Below, in pieces: positions 24,193-36,672 of a stretch of DNA of 64,000 bases (positions within the stretch are counted from its first letter, which is position 1; each line of letters opens with the position of its first letter). Below the pieces are notes generated by a model. The model did not search any database and had not been told where the DNA came from. It saw only the letters and a program-made list of their open reading frames with translations. The stretch lies in assembly GCA_965603825.1 (NCBI GenBank), contig CBFDEM010000021.1:1-64000 (forward strand). Reading direction: 5' to 3'. The DNA comes from Blepharisma stoltei ATCC 30299. Taxonomy: Eukaryota > Protista > Ciliophora. Both the position numbers and the translations under genes were made by a program.

Positions 24193-27100
24193 TTATGTTT
24201 CTCTAACTTCATATACGATACTCCTAAGTGCGAACGCAAACCTGAACAAATTCCACATATCTCTGCCTTTTTTCCGATACAGCAGACTTGGGTACTTTTT
24301 CCTTTGAAGGTAAAATCCTGCGAGCATAATAGCTATCCACCCAAAAACTAAAAAAGCATAATACGCTATAGGATTCCCACCAATCCCTAAATTTCAAGTT
24401 GAAATTAAAGCTAGCCAAACAACTGCGATTAAGCTCAGAACCTGCCACAAATGGAATCTCCCATAGTTATACGATTTAATTTTCACAATAATTGCAACAT
24501 AAATCATCATTATCACAATGAAAATTACTCCATGGCTGATATTGCTTGCTCTTTTCAAAGTCTTGGCTAATACAACCAGCAAAGTTTGAGCTACCGATTT
24601 CACCATCAAATAGCCAGGTATCGTTTTCACATGCAAGTTTCCCTGCAATTCCTGCCAAAGAGGTCTATAAAATACTGCTAGAGGCTCATAGACTAAAATA
24701 GCTACAAAAGAAATGATAGCATAAACCAAGTGACTGTCTTGCCAGCAAAATGCATAGCAGTCTCTCAAAAGAAAGCTATCTGTAAAACTATCTCCAATTG
24801 CCTCATCACAAAGGAACACATCAAGACAAATTGATATAAATGGCATAAAGCAAAGATTCCCTAATATAGGCATCAAGTTTTCAGCTAGAATATCTATATT
24901 TCTAAAAATCCATACATCTTCTCATCTATCATGCAATTTCAGTAAAACAACCACACAGAAAATAATTCATACCCCAATCCAAGCCAGCACAATGTCAACA
25001 ATTATATAGAATCCTCCATCCCTCAGCTTAAAAACTTCTTCAAGATCAACTGTCGATATATTGATAAACGTTGATATTAGTGAGGGTAAATAGTAAGGAC
25101 CCATAGAGGCAAATTGGAAGAACTCTATTGGTATTGTGATTGCTACAATAAAATCATCAACAGACATTTCTTGCTTTTCTCCAAAAATTTCGACTGGGAT
25201 ATTCCATCACTTCTGCCATATAAATCATGTTATGGCTGAAGTGATAGCTAAAACGATTAGGCAAAGCCCAACCATAAGTCCTCTTCCTTTAGAAAAAGTT
25301 TGTATATCTCGATCAGGGAAAGGGCATTTATCGTTTATTTCTCTTAAGTCGCTTGGTTTGGCTGATGTCCCATCAGGATAAATCAAGGGATTCAAAATAT
25401 ATATAAGATTTGTACTGAAAGGCTTTAAGTAGCCTACTGGGTAGATCGCAATGCTCCCATTTTTGTCGACCTTCATAGATTGAATGGTGTACATTTGGAA
25501 ATTTCTATCGTTACTCTCAGATTCAATAGATGCAGGGCCCATACACCCTTCAAATTTTGTAAGCCTTATTACTGACATTAATTTTCAAGGATCAGTATAA
25601 TCTTGGCCTTTAGTTATCATATAATCTAATGCCTTTGCAATAAAATAAACAGCATCATAGTAAGCGCAAGCATATAAATTAGGTTCTTTTTTATATTTAT
25701 CTAGATACCTACTAAACGCATCTTTTCCAACTTCTCCAACCCAATTAGAAAATACTAGTGTGGTCATTGACGCTCCGATCTCTAATCTTTTATGCAAAAA
25801 AGCGTCATTATTTGCAATGATATCAAAAATATCCCAGGTTGCAATATAAATATAGATATCTCCTCTTCTCAGTCCTACATCATAAAATTCTTCCAATGCA
25901 TATAGACACATTGGGCACTGAACCATCATTAAAACTAATCTTGCCCTCGAATTGTAAATTTCTTGAAACACATATTTATAGTCATTTATAGAGTTCCGAT
26001 CTAAATTCGGATATATCATTCTGGCGCTTTCTGCGTTAACAATATCAATTCCTGCAGCTTCCACAGTATTTTTTACAAGATTATAACTTGTCAACCCTAC
26101 AGTATTATTTGAATAAATTATTGCTACTTTTCTCCATCCCATGGCTCTTATAAACTGCACACAAGTGTTGTAAGCAAAAGGGGTGAGCATTCTGACATAC
26201 ATGGGGTAGTCCTTGATAGAGCTCAATAAGGTGCTACCGTTTATTGCTCCGACTGATGGAATTGTTATATTCGCTTGTTTAAAAAATACCAGTGAACCAA
26301 TCGCAACTGAAGAACCATAGCCTGATAGGTGTGCAAGGCCTAGCTTATCTATGTCTTTTTGATAGCAGGATTTAAGGAATGCGGCATTATAAATACTGAC
26401 TCCACAATCAAAGTTAAACATTTCCAATTGGAAGTTCAATAGGATCTCGCTGCCTTCATTGATTTTGTCTATACATATGTTTGATCCATAAGAGCTGTGC
26501 AGAGCTGTATAAACGTTTTCTGAGCCAGGATTCGTAATGCCTGCATTTATGCTTATAGGTAAGATTTTTCTATTAGACTTTGGTATAGAACTTGATTGAC
26601 CTAAAAATGTTAGATTGCCAAAAATAGACACGTTTCTATTGATAATTGTGCCTACAGTGATCCTTTCTCCATTTTGAATATTCACTATGGAAAATTTAGG
26701 GATCCGGTAGTGATTTGGCATTTCCAAATCAAGCAATCTTCTTATTTCCTTAGCGTCTTCTACATATGCTATTAGAGAAATAATCTCTTTTATCGATGAT
26801 TTTAAATATTCCTCTAATGAGTTCTCATATTCATAGCCTTTTTCACTAATAATCAAAGCTCCATCAATTTCGCATTGATATCCACTTTCTTGATTTAAAA
26901 CAATCCCATTTCCTCTTGTTAAAAGCTTTGCTTTTATCAATGATTTTTGCAAATCTTGTGATTTCTCATTTTCTAATAAAAAATAGTAAAGTGTTATTCC
27001 AGCACTTACAACAGAACGACTAACTAAACCATCAATGTCTGTTAAAGATGCAATGGTAAAACAATCAAATCCTGATGAGAAGACAGAATTTTCATTTTTT

Positions 27101-27555
27101 AGACTATAACTTTCCTCATCCAAGAATACTGCTCCCTGGGTTCAATTGAAATAGCTCAGCAACGAAGCAAAAGCGTCTATTTCTTCTGAGGGTGGAAGAG
27201 TAAGTGAATAAGTTGATTTCTCAACATATTTTGAATTCTTCTGATAAACTAAGTGAAATAAAGAATAGTCATCACAAATTTTAGAGAGAGATTGTTGAAT
27301 AGCAGGATCCCTTGACAAGTCTAGAAGGACGAGAGAATTTGGGTATTGTGAAATGCAGTTAATAATAGCAGAATAGCTGCAATTATGCCAATCTACTAGA
27401 TCACTGAAATTTTGAGTTAAATCTGATTCTAAGATTTTGAATCAAAAACTATTTATAGATTTGTATTCATTGCCTAGCTGTACAGCAATAATTTCAAGAA
27501 AAGCACAAATCTTGAACACTACAGCAAATAGAGTAATTAGGTGTGAGTTAACCAT
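24193..27555 (-). CDS. Venus-flytrap (ANF-receptor / periplasmic-binding type 1) multi-TM receptor-like protein, copy 1, 1120 aa
   Basis: Single frame with TGA=Trp; signal peptide; VFT motifs YPMYVRM, MGWRKVAIIY, YYDAVYFIAKAL, FEGCMGP...NDR; about 9 TM helices; TAA at 24193. Confidence 0.88.
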
Positions 27556-28695
27556 TATCCTTTTTATAATAAGGCAAATAAAAAATTATTAAAATCATAA
27601 TTTCTTAAATTAAAATAAAAAACTACAGCCTGTGTATATTGTTTTACAGTAAAACCTGCATTTCTAGCAAATTTTTATAGTTTAGTGTTTAGGGATCAAT
27701 ATTTACTCAACTCAAACATTTTTCAGAAAGATAAAGGTTTGCAAAAATTAATAAATTAAGATTCTTGATGCTATCATTATGTTGTAACTCAGAGCCTATA
27801 ATAAGAACAAAATTCCATAAGTGTCACTTTAATATATAGATTGCATTGGCAATTATGCCTCTAACACTAATCAAATAATGCTTAAAAGGTTAATATTTAA
27901 GTCTAATCCATAAGGAAGAGATCGTAAATTTTATTTTCTTCAAATATTAGAAGATGTGCACTCATATATTGCCTTAGCATAACTCTTTAATTATACTTCT
28001 AGCCTTCATGCCATAAGCTAGAAATTCGTTCTTAACAAAAATTTGACTCACAATTGTTAGACCTTCAATTGCTTCCAAGTTGAACTCTCTTTTCAACTAC
28101 CAAACTTTTGGTGAGTCGCCTTTATAATTTGCGACCAGAAGTTCCGTTGACTAGTTAGAGGTTAGGAATGCACTCCTGGCTGGCATTTATAGTTGCTCTA
28201 TTAACTTAAACTAATTCAATTCCAACAGAATTAAGCTGTTTGCATACCTTTTAAAAAGTCAATTTTAATCTCTTAAATTGAATTGATTATAAATGCATAA
28301 AGTTCTCTTTCTATTAATCTGCATCCTATTCTTTCTAAAATTCTGTGCATTTAAATATAAAAATTAATTCGAATTGCCTCATCTGCTAAGCTTATTTGAA
28401 AAAGAATATGCAAAATGGTGACGTCGATTTAAAGTTTATAATTAAAATGTGAAAAAAATCTAAGAAATGAATATTCGATTTAGGCGAATAATAATAAATA
28501 CGTCATTTAGCAATAAAGACTTAGCTTATTAGCTAACTTTTATACAAATCTTATTTCTTTTTAAGCTTAATTATTCCAAGCATCAAAAATCTCGAAACCT
28601 ATTGCTTTAATTTTGGCTTAAAATATTGACACTTTTATTAGACAAAATAAATCAAAAACTAATTTTGTCATAAAATTTAAAGCTTAATATTAAAT

Positions 28696-30029
28696 ATGGT
28701 TCACCAATTATCGATCTGCGTCTTCTTTATCCTTTTTGCTTTTTCCTATGGAGGGTCGTTTTCTTACTGCACAAATTTTATTTTAACAACACCTTACTTC
28801 GATTCAACGAATGTAAGGTTCAATAGCCAGATAAATGACGGTAAATATGTTACAACACACTATAACCAAAAAAGTTCTGTAGTATCACCTGCTGTGAGCT
28901 GTTCATCAACTTATATGAATGCATATCAATGGTATTTGGATGCAGATTATACTGGATGCACTTCGTTAAGTGACTTTGGGTTAGGGTTGTGGGTAAACTT
29001 TGAGTCAACGAAAGGGACTTTATTGATGAAGATTGGTAATTTTGGAGGGTACACAAATACTTATCAAGTAAACTCAGATGCTGATGGGACTTTGAAATTC
29101 ACGTTTAAAGTAATATCGGATAATATTGACGTTGATGATTTTTCCATATCTGTTCCATTGAGTAATTTTTTATTCAGATACTTGGACTTTACTTTTGTTT
29201 CATTGGATAGACAGCACTTTTGAAATTTTTATGCCAGGACAAGCTATGATTTCCAAGACAGCATCTGGTGCTTATCCCTTTGCCAAACCTGATAATGGGG
29301 ATTGGCAAATTGGCTATGGTATAAAGGCAAAGATTTATCAAATTTTAGGATTCAAATCGGCAACAATAAATACAGATTTTAGTATTATTACGTTATCTGA
29401 TGGCACAAACTCTCTCGATGTAAAAGTAACTTGTCCAACGACTTGTACAGACTCAGCTTGTCATCCGACTCAAAAATGTCTCAGCCAAACAAGCGACTGT
29501 TCTAATTGTGATACAACTGGGTGCTTGGCATGCACCACAAACACTCGTAACAAGGCAACTTACTGCAATATCATCACCTGCGCTGCACATTCTGTCTGCT
29601 CACCAGTTGGTGACTTCATGGCATGTGAGCATGGCTATTACCTTTATAAACCTTTATCTGGAGATGCCGTTTGTACCCGTAATTTTTAATTTAGAATGCA
29701 AAGACTCATGCACTTCTTGCGATAAAGGTAAAGGTTGCTTCCAATGTGCTGATGCTATTGCAAAAGATGGGACGACTTGCAGAGTCGATTCTATTGGCTA
29801 TTATGTCAGTCTTGAAGGCACAAATATCAAAATTGATTTTGGTAGTCCTCTTGTATCAGCTTTAAATATTGTCTCTCTTACAGCTAAGTCAAGTCAAGGT
29901 GTAGCAATTGATACATCTCAGTGGACTGTAAATGCATGCGCTGTAGGAGCAACAAGCTGCACTATCGTGACTAACTTGGATATCAATAAACTACCAATCA
30001 CTTATGACTTCGAGTTTGCTCAAGCCTAG
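28696..30029 (+). CDS. Secreted LamG/concanavalin-A-like plus Cys-rich (furin-like) repeat protein, copy A, 433 aa, 2 tiny introns
   Basis: Introns 29162-29177 and 29679-29694 (both 16 nt) join three track ORFs into 434 codons. Signal peptide, FGLGLWVNF and VPLNTWTLL (LamG-like), CxxC repeats, no TM or GPI-like tail. The domain call is from motif resemblance only. Confidence 0.85.
29162..29177 (+). other. 16-nt spliceosomal intron GTAATTTTTTATTCAG
   Basis: Explains the frame change; identical intron in the paralog at 32310-32325. Confidence 0.92.
29679..29694 (+). other. 16-nt spliceosomal intron GTAATTTTTAATTTAG
   Basis: Explains the frame change; removal gives VCTQCKDSC. Confidence 0.92.
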
Positions 30030-30137
30030 AAGGATAACTAATCTTTCTCTTTAATCCTTTGACTAATTAAATAATTAATAACTTCTTTACTTATAATTAA
30101 AGATATGGCATATAAAACTTAGCCAAAAGAGACTTAT

Positions 30138-30793
30138 TTATGCGTCTTCATCAATCATATATATTGTGCTTCTTATTTAGAACGAATTTAAATAATCCAT
30201 GGATATTTTTAACTTTTTTTCTATAGAGTAAACTTGGGTATTTTTTAAACTGCAGATAAAGTTCAGCTAGAACAATCATCCAGCTCCCAAAGCAACAAGA
30301 AATACTATAGACAGCAAGGCAAACTAAGCAACTGACCTCAGACTTAAAATTGACACAAATTAAATCTATCATAGTTATATGGCTTAATCCTTGATATAAC
30401 TCAACGACGAAAAAAAAGCGTTTATTTCTTCTGAGGATGGAAGATTAAGTGAATAAGTTGATTTCTCAACATATTTAGAATTCCTCTGATAAACTACACG
30501 AAATATAGAATAGCATCACAAATTATAGATATTGAAATTCAGGATTTCTTGATAAATCTAGGAGGACAAAAGAATTTGGGTATTGTGAAATACAGTTAAT
30601 AATAGCAGAATAGCTGCAATTGTGCCACTCTACTAGATCACTGAAATTTTGAGTTAAATCTGATTCTAAGATTTTGAATCATACAACTATTTATAGATTT
30701 GTATTCATTGCCTAGCTGTACAGCAATAATTTCAAGAAAATTACAAATCTTGAACACTACAGCAAATAGAGTAATTAGGTGTGAGTTAACCAT
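30138..30793 (-). pseudogene. Chimeric receptor remnant: 5' end of receptor copy 1 fused to 3' end of receptor copy 2
   Basis: 30398-30793 matches 27153-27555; 30138-30390 matches 33295-33587; several indels and frameshifts. Confidence 0.9.
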
Positions 30794-31840
30794 TATCCTT
30801 TTTATAATAAGACGAATAAAAAATTATTAAAATCACAATTTCTTAAATTAAAATAAAAAACTACAGCCTGTGCATATTTTTACAGTAAAACCTGATTTTT
30901 TAGCAAATTTTTATAGTTTAGTGTTTAGGACATCAATAATTACTCAGCTCAAACATTTTTCAGAAAGATAAAGGCTTGCAAAAATTAATAAATTAAGATT
31001 CTTGATGCTATCATTATGTTGTAACTCAGAGCCTATAATAAGAACAAAAATTCATAATTATCACTTTAAAATATATATTACATTGGCAATTATGTCTTCA
31101 ACACTAATCAAATAACACTTAAAAGGTTAATATTAAGTCTAATCCATAAGGAAGAGATTGTTAATTTTATTTTCTTCAAATATTTGATATTTGAAGATGC
31201 GCACTCATCTATTAGCTTTAGCATAACTCTTTGATTTATACTTCTAGCCTTCATGCCATGAGCAAGAAATTCGCTCTTATCAATAATTTTTATCACAATC
31301 ATTTGACTTTCAATTGCCTCTAGTTAAACTCTCTTTTCAACTACTAAACTTCAATTAAGTCGCTTTTATAGTCTACGACGAAGTTCCTTGATTAGGTCGA
31401 GGTTAGAAGGTACTCCTGGCTGACGTTTATAATTGCTCTATTAACTTAAACTAAAGCAGAATTAAGCTGGTTTGCATACTTTTTGAAAAACCAATTTTAA
31501 TCTCTTAAACTGAATTAATTATAAATGCATAAAATTCTCTTTCTATCAATCTCCATCCTATGCTTATTGAAATTCTGTGCATTTAAGTATAAAAATTAAT
31601 TCGAATTGCCGCATCTGCTAAGCTTTGTTGAAAAAGAATATGCAAAATGGTGACGTCGATTTTAAGTTTATAATTAAAATGTGAAAAAAATCTCTTATTT
31701 CTTCTTAAGCTTAATTATTCCAAGTATCAAAAATCTTGAAACATATTACTTGTAATTTTGGCTTAAAATATATAGACTTTTATTAGACAAATAAAATCAA
31801 TAACTAATTTTACCATAAAATTTAAAGCTTAATATTAATT

Positions 31841-33173
31841 ATGGTTCACCAATTATCGGTCTGCGTCTTCTTCGTCCTTTTTGCTTTTTCCTATGCAGGG
31901 TCGTTTTCTTACTGCGCAAATTTTATATTTACATTACCTTACTTCAATCCAAATGGTGTAAGATTCGACAGCCAGCTCAATGACGGTTTATATGTTATGA
32001 CATTCCCTACGCAAACGAGTTCCGTAGTTCTACCTACTTTGAGCTGTTCATGAATGCATATGAATGCAAATTCTTGGAGTTATACTACAGATTATTCTAC
32101 ATGCTGTTCGTTAAGTGACTTTGGTCTAGGGATTTGGGTAAACTTTGAGTCCATCGCAGGTTATTCGTTTATGACAATGGGAAATATATATGGAGGTGGA
32201 CCAACTTATTTACTGTCCTCAGATACAGATGGGACTTTGAAATTTAGATTTATAGATTATGCGGGTCAAACAGATAGCTTTAATCAGTTTACAATACCTA
32301 TTCCCATGAGTAATTTTTTATTCAGATACTTGGACTTTACTTGCGTTCCATTGGATAGGCAACACATTCGAAATTTTTATGCCAGGACAAGGAATCATTT
32401 CCAAGATATCAGTTGGTGCTTATCCCTTTGCCAAACCTGATACTGGAAATCTGTCGTTTGGCAATGGTATAAAGGCAAAGCTATATCAAATTTTGGGATT
32501 CAAATCGGCCACAATAAATACAGATTTCACTATCATTACGTTATCTGATGGCACAAACCTTCTCGATGCAACAGGAACTTGCCCAATGACTTGTGCAGAC
32601 TCAACTTGTCACCCGACTCAAAAATGTCTCAGACTAACAAGCGACTGCTCCAGTTGTAATCCAACTGGGTGCTTGGCATGCACCACAAGCACTCGTGTAA
32701 AGGCAACTTACTGCACTACCAAGATCTGCAATCCACATTGCATCTGCTCACCAGCTGGTGACTGCATAGCATGTGACTATGGTTATTACCTTTATAAGCC
32801 TTTATCTGGCGATATCGTTTGTATCGGTAATTTTAATTTAGAATGTAAAGATTCATGTACTTCTTGCGATGCAGATTGCTTTGAATGTGCTGATGCTATT
32901 GCAAAAGATGGGACAGCTTGCAGAGTCGATTCTATTGGCTATTATGTCAGTATCTCAGTTCCAAATATCCAGTTTGATTTTGCTCATCCTCTTGCATCAG
33001 CTTTAAATATTGTCTCTCTTACAGTTAAGTCAATTCAAGGCATAGCAATCGATACATCTCAATGAACTTTAAATACATGCGCTGTAGGAGTAACAAGCTG
33101 CACTATCGTGGCTAATAACCTGGCTGAAAATCAGTTACCAATTGACTTTGGCTTCGAGTTTGCTCAAGCCTAG
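31841..33173 (+). CDS. Secreted LamG/concanavalin-A-like plus Cys-rich repeat protein, copy B, 433 aa, 2 tiny introns
   Basis: Paralog of 28696-30029; introns 32310-32325 (16 nt) and 32827-32841 (15 nt); two TGA=Trp codons; ends FEFAQA-TAG like copy A. Confidence 0.85.
32310..32325 (+). other. 16-nt spliceosomal intron GTAATTTTTTATTCAG
   Basis: Identical to the paralog intron; explains the frame change. Confidence 0.92.
32827..32841 (+). other. 15-nt spliceosomal intron GTAATTTTAATTTAG (in frame, no stop codon)
   Basis: Homologous to the 16-nt intron at 29679-29694, one T shorter. Confidence 0.82.
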
Positions 33174-33294
33174 AAGGATAACTAATCTTTCTCTTTAATC
33201 CCTTTGACTAATTAATTATTAATAACTTCTTTACTTATAATTAAAATATGGCATATGATAGCTATTGGATTTTAAATTCTATTTTAAAAGAGAC

Positions 33295-36200
33295 TTATGC
33301 GTCTTCATCAATCATATATATTGTGCTTCTTATTGTAAAAGCAAATTTAAATAATCCATGGATATTTTTACCTTTTTTTCTATAGAGCAAACTTGGGTAT
33401 TTTTTAAACTGCAGATAAAATCCAGCTAGAGCAATCACCAGCCATCCAGCTCCTAAAGCAGCTAGAAATACTATAGAATTCCCACCAAACCCTATATAAA
33501 ACGTAGACAGCAAAGCAAGCCAAACAACTGCAATCAGACTTAAAAATTGCCACAAATTAAATCTATCATAGTTATATGACTTAATCCTTGAAATGATTGC
33601 GATATACGTCATCATAAGTATAACAAACGCTACCCCATGACTAATATCGCTTGATCTTTTAAGTGTTTTTGCTAATACTATCAATATTGTCTGTGCGACT
33701 GATTTTACCATCAAATATCCAGGCACTGCTTTTACATGCAAATTTTGCTGCAGTTCCTGTCAGAGCGGCCTAAAAAACACAGCAAGAGGCTCATATACTA
33801 AAATGGCTACAAATGAAATAATCGCATACATCAAATGTTCCCCTTTTCAACAAAAAGTATAGCAATCTTTTACTAAAAAACTGTCTGTAAAGTCTTCACC
33901 AATAGACTTATCACACAAAAACACGTCAAGACATATCGATATAAACGGCATAAAGCAAATATTTCCAAGCACAGGCATCAAATATTCCGCTATCACTCCT
34001 AAATTTCTAAAAATCCACAGTTCTTCTCACCTTTCATGCAGTCTTAATAAAACTATTACACAAAGAACTGCCCATATTGCAATGCAAACTAGTACAATAT
34101 CAGTAATAATCCAGAACACCCCATTTTGTAGCTTAATTACGTCTTCTAGTTCAATTGTGGACATGCTGCTTAAATTTGACAGGATTGAGCCGAATACAGA
34201 AAAATTAGGCCCCATTGAGACAAATTGGAAGAACTCTATAGGTATTGTTGCCCCCACAATAAAATCGTCTGTGGATATTTCTTTTTTTTCTTCAAGAATT
34301 TCTACAGATATATTCCACCATTTTTGCCATATAATAAAAGTTATTATAGAGGTAATCGCGAAGACCAAAAAGCAGAAGCCAAACATAAGCCCTCTTCCTT
34401 TGGCAAAAGTTTGGATTTCTCGGTCAGGAAATGGGCATTTACCGTTTATGTTTCGGATGTCGCTTGGCTTAGTCGAAGATCCATCTGGGTAAATTAAAGG
34501 ATTTGTAATGGATAATATTTGTGTGCTATATGGCTCTAGGTAGCCTACTTCATAAACTTCTGAAGTACTGTTGGAATTAAGCTTGACAGCTTGTATTGGG
34601 TAGAGTTGAAAAACTCTGTCATTGCTTCCTGGGTCAATAGAGATAGGGCCTGTGCATCCATTAGATTTTATCACTCTTATGGTAGACATCAGCTGATATG
34701 GGTCAGTATAATCATGGCCTCTATTTATCATATAATCTAAAGCAGTAGCAATAATATAAGCTCCATCAAAATATGAACAAGAATCAAAGTTTGCCGTGAT
34801 ATTATATTTTTTCCAATAGTCATTATATATGTTCTTCCCTATTTCTCCAACCCAGGCAGGATAAACGACTCTTGTCATAGAAACGCCGATTTCTAATCTT
34901 TTATGTGCATAGCCATCATTATCAGAAATAAAGTCTAATGGATCCCAAGTCCCTGCAAAAACATATAAGTCGCCTTTTCTTAATCCTAAATCATATAGTG
35001 ATTCTAGTGCATAGTTGCACAAAGGACACTGCAAGACCATAATCAATAGCCTTGCTTTAGAATTGACGATCCCTTGGAATAAGTTTTTATAGCTTTTAGT
35101 GGCTTCTCTGTCTAGATCTGGTGGGATTGCCCTTGTATTTTCTGGATTTATCAGCTCGATCCCTATACTTTCTGCAGCTGTCTTCATTAAACTGTAAGTC
35201 CAAAACCCTCAAGAGCCGTTTTCATATATAATAGCAGCTTTTTTTCATCCCATAGCTCTTAAAAATAGTATGCAGACGTTAAAAGCTACAGGTGAAACCA
35301 TTCGGACGTACATAGGATAATCTTTAGTTGAGCTTAATAAAGGGCTACCGTTTACAGACCCCACAGACGGTACCGTTATATTTATTTCTTTAAAAAATAA
35401 CTGTGAGCCAATTGTAACAGAAGAGCCATAAGCTGCTAAATGGGCAAGACCCAGCTTGTCTATATCTTTTGTAAAGCAGGATTTAAGGTAAGATTTATCA
35501 TAAATAGTGACCCCACAGTCAAAGTTAAACATTTGTAGCTGAAAATGTGATAAAATATCGTGTCCTTCATTAATCTTATCAATACATATATTGGCTCCTC
35601 ATGAACTTTGTAAGCCTGCATCGGTATCTGCTGAGCCAGGATTTGTGATTCCTGCATTTATACTTATAGGCAAAATCTTTTTACTGGACTTAGGGATTAT
35701 GGTTGATTGTCCTAAAAAGGTAAGTTTGCCAAAAATAGCCAAATTTTTATTAAAAATTGAGCCAGCAATAATCCTATTTCCATTTTGTATATTTACTATT
35801 GAATAACTAGGCGGGCTATAATGGTTTGGCATTTTTGTGTCTAGAATTGCCTTGATATCTCTGACATCTTCTAATGATAATATACTAAATATGAGCTCTT
35901 CAATTGAAGTTTTTAAATAATCTACTATTGAAGTATCGTATTCGTGGCCAATTTCTGTTATTATTATTGCTCCATCTATGGTGCAACCATACCCACTTTC
36001 TTGGCTCAGCACAATCCCACTTCCATTTGTCAATAATTTTGCGTTTTTCAATGAGTTTTGTAAATCTATTGATATTTCATTATTAACAAAAAAATAGTAA
36101 AATGCGATCCCAGCTCTTACAACCACCCCATTGACTAAATCTTTAATATCAGACAATGATGCTATTGTAAAATAGTCAAAATACGCTGAATAATTTAAAT

Positions 36201-36672
36201 ATTCAGCTTTCTGGTTGTATTTTCCCTTGTCCATAAAAACTGCTCCTTGATCTCAATTAAGATAGCTCAATAAAGAGAAAAATGCGGTAATTTCTGATGA
36301 AGGAGAAGGGGATAACGAATAGGTTGATGGTTCAAGGTATTTGGAGTGAGACTGATAGACTAGATGGAATAAGGAAAAATCAATGCATAATTGAGAAATT
36401 GATTGTTGGATAATGAGATTTGTGGAGAGATCTAATAGGAGTAAAGACTTTGGATGCTGTAAAATGCAATTTTTAAGGGCTGAGAAGCTGCAAATGTGTA
36501 ATTCTACTGATGAGTTAAAGTTTTGAAATATTTCAGGTACAAAGATTTCATATGGAAGGTTTTCTATGTATTCATAAGGGTTCTTAAAATCCACGACGAT
36601 AACTTCTAAAGCTTGGGAAAATTTGAAAAATTCAGCCCACAGAATGGATATACCAATGATAAACCAAGACAT
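33295..36672 (-). CDS. Venus-flytrap multi-TM receptor-like protein, copy 2, 1125 aa
   Basis: Five track ORFs in one frame, joined by TGA; full-length paralog of 24193-27555; TAA stop. Confidence 0.88.

Larger units (their letters stand above)
27146..30390. repeat. Tandem segmental duplication, unit A (~3.25 kb)
   Basis: Colinear with 30391-33587 over the receptor 5' end, intergenic DNA, secreted gene and receptor 3' end; begins at TTGAAAT. Confidence 0.92.
30391..33587. repeat. Tandem segmental duplication, unit B (~3.2 kb)
   Basis: Colinear with 27146-30390; begins with TTGATAT and is followed by TTGAAAT at 33588-33594. Confidence 0.92.

Noticed and set aside
27900-28200. Coding-like stretch in the receptor/secreted-gene spacer (copy at ~31100-31430, track ORF 31108-31302)
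   Set aside because: The two duplicated copies differ by frameshifting indels and stops, so it is not a maintained gene; at most an old relic.
28696-33173. Secreted pair as the known glycoprotein pheromone gamone 1 (blepharmone)
   Set aside because: Length and LamG-like/CxxC architecture do not fit my recollection of gamone 1 as a ~300-aa protein; no similarity recognised, though not tested by search.
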